From the NCBI GenBank assembly GCA_003990765.1, contig RBNJ01000271.1:1-34576 (forward strand): 34,576 nt of DNA, in the 5' to 3' direction. The position numbers and the translations under genes were made by a program. Below the pieces are notes generated by a model. That model ran no database searches, was not told the origin of the DNA, and saw only the letters and a list, made by a program, of their open reading frames with translations. Positions 13,900 to 23,102 of this stretch are shown piece after piece. Every line of letters starts with the position of its first letter. Positions within the stretch are counted from its first letter, which is position 1. This DNA comes from Jimgerdemannia flammicorona (Eukaryota).

Positions 13900-15890
13900 T
13901 TTGGTAGTCAGATTGTTGAGGTGATACAGAGTAGTAACAGTTGCTCAGGTTGCTGTTCAGGGTTTTTAGTTAGGACAGACACTGGTTATATATCCTGTCT
14001 TTCAACAATAGAAGTATGCTCTACTTCTACAAAGTTCATTTCTTTCTCCTTCAGTTAGTTTCTTAAAGGTACTCAGCTGGGTAGGTTTATAATTTCAGAG
14101 TATCCATGAGGTGGATATAGAGAGAGCTCAGGATGCTTCATGCTTGGGTTCTTCTTTCTTGGGTTCTTCTTTCTTGGTCCAAGTCTTTTTCTTGTTATTG
14201 AACTGTCTTTGAGATAGAATTGGTCCAGCTGTTAGAATTCACTTAACTATAGTCTGGATTTTTACCAGGCACTATTATTGATAATCACAACCAACTGGGC
14301 ATCTTTGTTCTCAAATTTTTCTTGTAAGCCATTTGGATAGTGCATCAAATAAATAGTCTGCTCTTATACAATTTTGTGCTTCATCATTAGCAATATATCT
14401 TAGGCCAATGGTATTCAGGAGTAACTCAAGTTTTGTACAAAAGGTTTTGAATTTCTCCTTATCATATATATTAAATTTGAAACTATGAAGTTTTACTCAG
14501 GATTCAGCAATCAGAATTTTGCTGTAGTATTGAGCAATCGTGAGTTGTTTGAGTCCAGGGATTACAAGATGGTCTCCATATCCTAGAGTATTATTTACTA
14601 TATTTTGTCCAACTACTGCAGATTGGATATCCTATGTGAGGGATTTTTTAAGAAGAATTTGCCACCATTCTTTGGCAGGTCCTTGGAAGAATATAACAAC
14701 TTGATGGATATATACTATAGTAGTAGCAAAGAGTTATTCCAGAGTGTGGTCTTGATTGTTTATCAGAAGGTAGTCAGCAACTTGCTTGTTTGTCAATTGG
14801 TTGGCTTTGAAGTTAGTATTAATTATATTAATGAAGCTTTGGACTTCTTATATAGTACTATTAAAGATAGGAAGGCTCAGACTTTTTGTTGGTCTGGCTT
14901 GTTCAGTTAAGGCAGTAATGGTTGCTACCATTATGGCTATCTGGGCTATAAGATCTAGAATCTGTTGGTTTACCATGTTGTTTACTGGAGGCAGTTGGAC
15001 TACTAGTAATGGTATTACTGATATGACTTGAGGTACTGGTACAAAGTGTGATGGTGTTCTTTGAGTCTGTGAAAGCTGCTGGAGCAACCGCTGCGGGTCT
15101 GGAGTAAGGGCTTAATAGATAGCTGTCTCTTGCTGTATAGATGTATTTTGTTCTGATAGAGGTATATCTCCTTTGGTAGTATACCCAGAATCGAATTCAC
15201 TGAGATACTCCTCCTCCTCTTGGCTTTGATCCCCATGTAATTGAGTTTGCTCAGTATCGAAGTAGATAGTATCAGTTGTATATTGAATTTCAGATGGGCT
15301 TAATTCAAGAGTTTTATCTGGTTCAGTATTGGTTTTGGTTTTGAGTAGGGCTGTAGCTAGGCCTACTTCTGGTTTGGGATCAGATTGTTGACAAAGAGTT
15401 TCTCTTGCTTCTTCTTTAAGAATATGGTGGACCTTGCAATTCTGGAAGTGGTAGTATAAGGTGGCCTGGTCCTTATACAGTGAAAATCAGTAAAGTTGAG
15501 CCACTTGGCCATGGAGGCTTGGGCTTTGTATAGAACTAAGACTAGAAAGACTGCTGCTGGTTATCCTAGGTTGCTCAGATTTGTAGAGCTGACAAAACTC
15601 TTATTGAGAAGAGTAAAGAAGACTTCTATAAGACCTTCTTCATCTTGACTTATGGGGTATAGAGCAAGGAGTTCAGTATATAGGGTTTCACCTATCTGCT
15701 GATTTAATTAGAGTACTTCTTTTAGTTGATGAAGTCTGTTCTACTTATTGCAGGTGTGGAGGTCAAATTGTCCTTATATATCAGATTCAATTCTCTTCAG
15801 ATTGTCAGATAGTTTGAGATAAATTCCAGTTCAGAGGTTGGGCTTTATACCAACTTGTAGGAATTCTTGTAGAGGTTTATAACAGGATGA
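13900..15890 (-). pseudogene. Gypsy gag with long N-terminal region (broken)
   Basis: Decayed CCHC knuckle YFYC*KTGYITSVCP at ~13972-14020 and capsid-like FQGPAKEWW at ~14660-14690. Coding-like sequence runs almost to the PBS. Boundaries are approximate. Confidence 0.7.
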
Positions 15891-15922
15891 GGAAGTATCT
15901 TGAAGCAGAATTGAATTATAAA

Positions 15923-15934
15923 CCACTGCTACCA
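15923..15934 (-). promoter_or_regulatory. Primer-binding site, tRNA-iMet-like
   Basis: TGGTAGCAGTGG lies 3 nt downstream of the 5' LTR on the minus strand. TGGTAGC is complementary to the 3' end of initiator Met tRNA. Confidence 0.8.
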
Positions 15935-15937
15935 AGT

Positions 15938-17423
15938 TATAAGAGGGTTACTTGTTAGGGTAACTGTTACATAATTCTGGAAGAGTTTTCTAAAAGTTCT
16001 AGAAAACCATTTTCTTAACATCAAGATCAATTTTATATAGTGTATGTCCTCTATGCTTATTGATTTCAAAATCAGATTGACATCTCAACCAAAGTCCCTT
16101 TTTGGACCAGTTCTGGATGTTCAGGATTTTTGTATTTTAGGAAGTTTAAGAAACTAAGACCAGTTTAGTTAAATTAGTATATTGCTGTAGACAATACTCA
16201 ATTAGGAAATTTCATGATGGAGTTAGGAGTAAGACCTAATGGGGAGTAGATTTACTTAAGAGTAGTATGTGGGTTATTAAATAGATTTATTTACTTTCAT
16301 AATATTATTAGTTGTGTGAAGAGATATTGTGGGGAAGTGTTTAGGAGTTATATTTGGATTGTTCTTATCTGAGATTCTGAGGTCTGGGAGAGGGGGTATT
16401 TATATTAATAGGAGGCTATCTGGACTATGCTAAATATGAGTATAGTACTTAGTACTTTGCTGAGTTAGAATATAGTCATGTAGTATAAGTGTGAACTGAT
16501 ATATCAAGAGATCATCTGACTGCTGAGTCAGTTTGCAGTCACATTATATAAGGTTAATCTATCTATACTAATGACTGCTAAGCTATTTATAGATTTTGAC
16601 ACTGTCTGGATAGTCTTCAATAATATTATCATTGATAATATTATCTCTGATAAAGTCTGAGCAGTTTTCTGACTTCTGATATCATTAGTTTCAAAGGTAT
16701 CATCATATCTGCCTCTTGTAAAATTAAAGCTATCCTCAGTAGTAGTGGTTGTACAAGAATAACAGGTCTTGGTTCTCTTTTTTTTTTGAACTACTGGTGC
16801 ATTTGTGAGGACTGGCCATTCTTGTCTAGGGTGAGGGCTCCCATTGTTATGGCTGGGGGGTTCAAACCTCTCAAAAATGATATTTTCTATAATCTGAGGT
16901 AATTTCTAGTAGTAATATCTATCATATGGATGGACTTGAGATTGGTTTTGACAATGTTGGCTTTTTTGAGTTTCAGATAAAGTATCCATCATTCTCCAAT
17001 AGAGATGATACAGATAGAGTGAATAGAGTTATTCAAATGTATTTTGCTTCTGCTAAGTAATGAGGTCTTATATTGTTGTAGTGTATCTTAGTCTTGAGTT
17101 AATAAGTATAGTTTATATACCTTTGATGGATGAGATAGGGTTCTTCTCATTCTAGTTTGAGTTTGGTACTTCAGTTTTCTTTTATAATAATATAGTATAC
17201 TAAGACTGGTTATCTTAATGAGTAGAGGTTCAGGATTGATCTTATAGTTATAGTACTTCTTTTGATATTCTTGTGTCTTGGTAGTAAGTTCTTGTACTTG
17301 CTGACATATTTTATATAACCAGGGGATCTCTTCAGTAGTTTGTTTTGTAATCTTGCATATGGTTTCTGAATTAGTTCTGAGGGTAACATGTAATTTCAGT
17401 AGTTTAGAGATTGTGTACTTATA
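15938..17423 (-). repeat. Gypsy 5' LTR
   Basis: Collinear with 2056-3545. Termini have decayed to TATAAG...CTTATA. Minus-strand TATA box at 16397-16404. Confidence 0.95.
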
Positions 17424-17475
17424 TATTGCAAAGTAGATAATTATATATATGTATCATATAAAATAACTATTATAA
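17424..17475 (+). pseudogene. Continuation of copia RT after the gypsy insertion
   Basis: Joined across the TSD the sequence reads FTYCKVDNYIYVSYKITII (consensus GFxRxxxDxCVY). It stops just before YVDD. Confidence 0.75.
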
Positions 17476-19018
17476 TGTGCCCAGCTCAATAGAGGCAAAT
17501 TACAAGGTTGGGGGTTGATATAGTCTGGCTTGAGCCCACAGTTACTTTGTCAAAAAGCAACAAAATGTTCTAAGATTCCTGAGGTCTTTGGTGTTTAGTG
17601 GTATAATAGTCAAAGCTGGATATCTGCAAGCGATTTCCTTATTGGGACAGTTCTCTGGGTGAAGCAGCGATTTGTATGTCTTTTCCTTCTTGAGTCAACT
17701 GGAAATGGCAGAATTTGTATGTAGCATGAGCGGTTTCCTTCTTGAGTAGTGGGTGATTTCTGTGTAGCGCGACGATCTTGTGTGTGATGGTCTGGCAATT
17801 TTAGTAGTTCTCTTTATGCGATTTCTGTGTGACAATCTTGTGTAGCATGACAATCTCCAAAAGTATGCAGTTTCTGGCAGATAGCTCGATTTGGCTCACT
17901 GGGAATAGTATGGTGTGGATTCTTCTTTACTAGGCTCACTGAGAACAAATAATTCAGATGTCGCAGATTCGGCAAGGTTCTCTGGGAATGTGGATAACTT
18001 GAAGACAGCGGATGATGCAGATTCTCCTGATTTGGCAGACTTCTTAAAAACGGCAGCTTAACTGGGAATTAACTCAGATAGTGCAGATTCATCCTGAATC
18101 AGCTGCTTCAACTGGAAATACGGCGGATAACTTAAAAATGGTGGATGACGTGGATTCTTCCTGAATCAGCTGCTCTTCTGGGAATACAAACAACTGGTGG
18201 CATTCTTTGGAAAAGGGTCTCTTGGCAAAGTTACATCAAAGACTGGCTTCGTTTGCACAGGGTTATGTCATAGACTGGCTCTACTGTGAAGTTGCATCAA
18301 AAACTGGCTTGAGCAAGGCGGCTTTCTTGGGAAGGTGGAGGATAACTTGGAAATGGCGGCTTATTCCTTAAGTGGCGGGTTACTCAAAAGGTGGCGAAGT
18401 TCTTCTTGAACTTAGGTGGCAAATCTTCAGGCTTATCTGGTAAGTGAACCAATCAATCTTTGTATTGGAAAGTGGACCGAAGTGGGAATAAGGGGACCAA
18501 TTGCTCAATCTTTAGAGGCTTCTTTGGTTTGCACTTCAATTCGGACTAAGGTTTATTCACTCTTGTCTCTGGGGTAATTTATATAAGTTGGTTGCTATCT
18601 GGTTACTATGTAGCTAACTATAGATTTGCTATCTCTGGTAATATTTGGGTGTGTCCTCTGGGTATAGGTGTGTCCACAGGACATGAGTGTGTCTGCAGGA
18701 CATGAGTGTGTCCGCAGGACATGAGTGTGTCCTCAGGACACAGGTAAACAATCCTGATCTGGTGTCTTGGCTAATTATAAGTGTGGCAGGCATGGGTAAC
18801 TATGATATACTGGAAGTCACATTATGCTGAGTAAGTATGCTAATTGTTCACATCATCTGGCTAAGTTATAATTCAGGTGATACATTTTGGTCTATTATAC
18901 TATATATCAGTTGTATGGATTCCAGAGTTAATATATCTTGCTAGAATACTCTAGAAGCATATTTTTGCTTATCTTAAACTTGAATTTATATCAGTTAATA
19001 TTGCTTTTATTAAGGACA
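17476..19018 (-). mobile_element. Solo-LTR-like element (~1.54 kb), relatively CpG-rich
   Basis: Termini TGTGCC...AGGACA and no recognisable coding motifs. Minus-strand TATATAA followed by AATAAA near 18550-18587. Sharp compositional boundaries, but no matching TSD. Confidence 0.6.
18668..18742. repeat. Tandem 19-bp palindromic repeat GTGTGTCCnCAGGACATGA x4
   Basis: Read directly. Units contain a TGTCC-nCA-GGACA hairpin (one is TGTCT). A degenerate unit precedes the array. Confidence 0.9.
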
Positions 19019-21040
19019 TATGTATATATTATATCTAAATATATATAGATGTGATATATTGGACTTGGTTCTACTCCATAATTCTTCAGAAATAAGATTA
19101 TCATCTCTGAAACACTTATGTATTACTATTGCTGAAATTCTTACTTAGTGACTGAGATATATATTAATTATATATATATATATAGTATTGATTACTTCTA
19201 TATAGTGTGAATATTCTAATCTAATAGTATTGATTATCATATATATTATTTCTATAGTCATATAGTTGAATCACTTGGCCATACTATCCTGCTAAGATAT
19301 ATATAGAGCCATTATTTGATAATATATACTATATTTTTTTAGGAACTACTTGAATGCATTATTAATATATTTATGTCTATTATCTGAGTATATAGTACAT
19401 ACTCTATATCCTGTCTTATTCTCAGTAATTACTTTGAATTCTTTGAATTTGTTCAAGACTTCACTCTTTACTGATAGGAAGTATATATATACTTTATATA
19501 TATAATTATTAATAAATATGATAAAATATTTCTCATCAAAATATGATAGGATATATATGAGACCACATATATCAGTATGGATAAGATCCAGAATCCCTGA
19601 AATATACTTCAATCATTCTTCAAATGAGTGCTGAGATACTTTATTTTTTATATATACTATACAGAAATTATTTCTAGAGTATATGTTTAGCAATCTGCTG
19701 ATAGATCTACTCCTTATCATATATTCAAAACTTATCTTACCAATATGTTCTAAGTATTAATATTATATGTTAGATATATCAGATATAGTTGTCACATATA
19801 CAGAGCTTGTTATACTATTTGGCATACCATTAATTATATAAAGATTATCTTGTTTTGAGGCTATTATTAGCTTATTGTTATCTAAATTATATACTATTGT
19901 ACTCTTTGAATATATATATCTCTTCATTACTGCAGGACATCATCTTGTTATTGAAAAGAGATTTTTACTGATTTCTGGAATATATAATATATCTAAGAAG
20001 ATACTGGTGGGTTCTATAATATTGTTATAGAGATATATCTCTATATTTCTCTTTTCTTGAGTATAGATGATATTGTTATCTCTCAGTTTGCTAGATACAG
20101 AGTGCTTGAAAGGCTCATATATAGAAAACTATTTCCTGTATAGTATTAAATATTGTGTTGCTCCTAAATCTATAAGCTAGATACATATTATTATTATTAG
20201 CTATATTTGTAATATATTTATCAGATATATGGCTAGGTATACTGCTCACTCTGTTGGTAATGTTGATATTATTACCACTTTTTAGCTCAAAAGTGTTTTG
20301 CTGTCTGAGATTTATGGATAATAGGTTGGTAGATTTGGCAGTGGAACTGTCATCTATATGTATTACTTATATGAAGAATATACTACCATTTTCATCTATT
20401 TTGACAGTATTTGTATTATTATATTTCTCTTTTCTTGATAGTTCTTTCTACTGCTCCCATATTGCTAATACTGATTTCTATATTGTTACTTATTTTTATT
20501 ACTCTTTTTATATTTTCTCAGTAATAATATTAGTACTTTCTGTACTCATACTTACTACAATATTCATAGTAACAATCATACTTAGTTGATTGACTATTAT
20601 TATACTGATTTTGGATTTGGGTTTAATGGTCTTATTATCTGTACTTTTGATAACATTTTCTATCCTATCTGTAGAACTCATAGAAGATATTTTCATCATT
20701 ATCACCACTATGTTCTTAGTATATTTCCTCATTTATAAAGCATGTTATTATATAGGTATAGTCTGTAAGTCTCTTACTTTCATGTATAGCTATAACAATA
20801 ATATTATATATATCTAGAAGTCCTCTTACAAGTGCTATAACCTTATCTTCATTACCAATATAATCTGCAGACACACTGAGAGAATTCACTTGATTCACCA
20901 GATTATTGATATGATTGACATATTCATAGATGCTGTTCTTAGATTTTATTTGTAGATTAAATAGCTGAGATTTCAGATGAAATTGATTTGATATAAATAC
21001 TTATATATGATGATTGCATAGAGTCTCCCATAGCTCATAA
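19019..21040 (-). pseudogene. Ty1/copia gag-protease-integrase (decayed)
   Basis: PR: *LIDLGATQY...DILYIPEISKNLFS (~19960-20185). Pre-integrase: I*Y*YLEHIG. Integrase core: LDLIHTDICG...KSEV...YSDN (19346-19612). Ends SEELWSRTKSNISHLYIFRYNIY (consensus TPxExWxGxKPxxSHLRxFGCxAY). The gag part is assigned by position only. Confidence 0.88.
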
Positions 21041-21297
21041 GTTATAATAGTATATATTACAAGCTTTGTTTGAGAATTTAATAATATAAATATGATCTTA
21101 GTAATTATTTATAGTATTATAATCTTGAATTTACCCTTGTGGCTTCATATACTCTATCAAGTCACATTTGTTAAGGAGATTCATTATACAGAATATCTAG
21201 ATTATATAATCTTTCCTATTGAAGATCAGGATACATCTCTTGGCTATATTTATACTTATAACTGAGACTATATTTCTCTACCAGACATCTTTCTCCA
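21025..21297 (-). repeat. Possible copia PBS and remnant 5' LTR
   Basis: Minus-strand TTATGAGC near 21033-21040 resembles the GGTTATGAGCC half-tRNA-iMet PBS of Ty5/copia-type elements. No partner LTR is in the window. Confidence 0.3.
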
Positions 21298-22281
21298 GTA
21301 ACATTCAGATTACACAACCTTTGGGCAATACTCACAACATTATTTTTAGAGAAAAGAGACTAGTAACATGGCAACTGATAGGCATTCTGAGGTGTGTACT
21401 GGGTAGGGTGGCCCTAGCATATTTGACTGGCAGTATGTGGGGAGAGACCCTGGCTTAGGGGGAACTATGAGGGGTCTGCTGGCAGGAGGATATGGAAGGG
21501 AAGAAAGCTGAGTTGGTGGATAGAGGACAGAGAGGACAAGCTTTACAGATATGGTGAAGGGGGGACAGCCAGCATCTGGGCTAGAGGGCTGGCTGAGAAA
21601 GGGTAAGGAGGTGGCAAAGACTGCAGGGTGTGAGAGAGCAGCCCTTGGTAGTGGGGGCAGTGGAGCTGTGAGTATAGGAACTGGGGTGTGTGTGATGGCT
21701 GATAGCCAATCTGGAAAAAAATCCAGATATGACTACTAATGATAGGGCTGAGAGGATAGGGCTTAGATGGATAGGGGACCTGGCAGATGGTGTAATGGGC
21801 CTGGTGGTGGCCCTGTTACTCAAAAAGTCAATCTCAGAGTTTGTAGTTATATTGTACTTCTAGGGCTTAGTAGTGATGGTGAAAATAGTGCTAGGGCTAA
21901 TTGCTAAGCAGGTGGCTGGAGCAGCATCTATGAAGTTTCTGAAGAGTTTGGAAGAAGTGGAGGTGGGCTTTGAGGAGGCTGGGCTACTGGAGGATATGCT
22001 GAAGACTGGGCTGACTATTGGGGAGGTATATGTCTCAATAGCATGCTGCTTGAGATAGGACCCCAGGGTAGTACAACTGCTGATGAAAGGAGTGCCCACA
22101 GTGACTGCTGTGGAGATGAGGAGAAGAGTCAAGGAAGTCATGGCTGAGTATAGAGAGGTGGTGAATGTTGGGTTCCAGATCTGGGAAGGGACCTCATCCA
22201 GAACTAGAGATGTTGATGTCAGGATTCAGTTGGCAGAGAGAGAAGCTACTGAGAAGGCTAGAGACTGGTCTTCGGTAATAG

Positions 22282-22616
22282 TGGAGAAGGAGGGCCCAGT
22301 GAGAGTCATGAGAGCAAACCCAGAGCCAGTATTAAAGTGAATGGAAGATATGTGGAAGAGCATGTATAAGGAAGATGAACAAAGAACATAACCAAAAATA
22401 CATCAGCCATTTATTGCCATGTAAAAATGAAGTCCTTATATACAAAATATGATATCCCAAAAGAGAGGATGTGCCACAACTCAGAGCAAACCAAATTAGG
22501 AACTATATGACTACCAGAGATAAGTAGAGATAAAGAGAGAGCCAATCCCAGTTGCAGGATAAAACTCACAAATAAACACAAATAAAACAAATCTAAATTG
22601 AGATTAAAAAACATCC
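22282..22616 (-). repeat. Inverted partial pLTR
   Basis: Reverse complement of 22768-23102 and 26406-26740. Starts TGGAGAAGGAGGGCCC. Confidence 0.92.
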
Positions 22617-23102
22617 TTGTCCCCTCTGGGGTCTTGCACTCACTCCAGGGTCTCAGCCTTACTCTGCTCCCCTCTGCTGCCTTCAGCCCCTTGCTTCACT
22701 CAGGCTCGCTGTGGCTTACTCCATTTCAGCCTCACTCCTCACTTGCACTCACCCCTCTAGGGTCTGCAGATGTTTTTTAATTTCAATTTGGATTTGTTTT
22801 ATTTGTGTTTGTTTGTGATTTTTATTCTGCAACTGGGATTGACTCCCCCTTTATCTCTGCTTATCTCTGATAGTTATGTGGTTGCTAATTCAGTTTGCCC
22901 TAAGTTGTAGCATGTCCTCTCTTTTGGGACATCATATTTTGTATATAAGGACTGCATTTTTATATAGTAATAAACAGCTAATGCATTTTTGGTTATATTC
23001 TTTGTTTGTCCCTGTTATATACATACTTCTATATATCTTCTATTTGCTTTGACACTGGCTCTGGGTTTGCTCCCATGGCTCCTGCTGGGCCCTCCTCCTC
23101 CA
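22603..23102 (+). repeat. 5' pLTR of the PLE
   Basis: Direct repeat of 26241-26740. Contains TATATAAG, AATAAA and the first codons of the ORF (ATG at 23075). Confidence 0.92.

Larger units (their letters stand above)
2056..17423 (-). mobile_element. Full-length decayed Ty3/gypsy LTR retrotransposon with chromodomain (chromovirus-type)
   Basis: Two ~1.49 kb LTRs, 5-bp TSD TATTG (2051-2055 and 17424-17428), PBS and PPT. Domain order on the minus strand is gag-PR-RT-RH-IN-chromodomain. Confidence 0.95.

Noticed and set aside
18668..18742. Palindromic repeats as a CRISPR array (also considered for the 33-bp and 167-bp arrays)
   Set aside because: Units are contiguous with no unique spacers, there are no cas genes, and the context is eukaryotic.
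20254..20817. Hydrophobic plus-strand ORFs resembling membrane proteins
   Set aside because: Antisense to the decayed AT-rich copia gag region. The hydrophobicity reflects T-richness.
22603..23102. Hammerhead ribozyme expected in PLE pLTRs
   Set aside because: I could not find a CUGANGA...GAAA core on either strand, even allowing for CpG decay (closest is CTGATGC). An Infernal search of the restored consensus is needed to exclude it.
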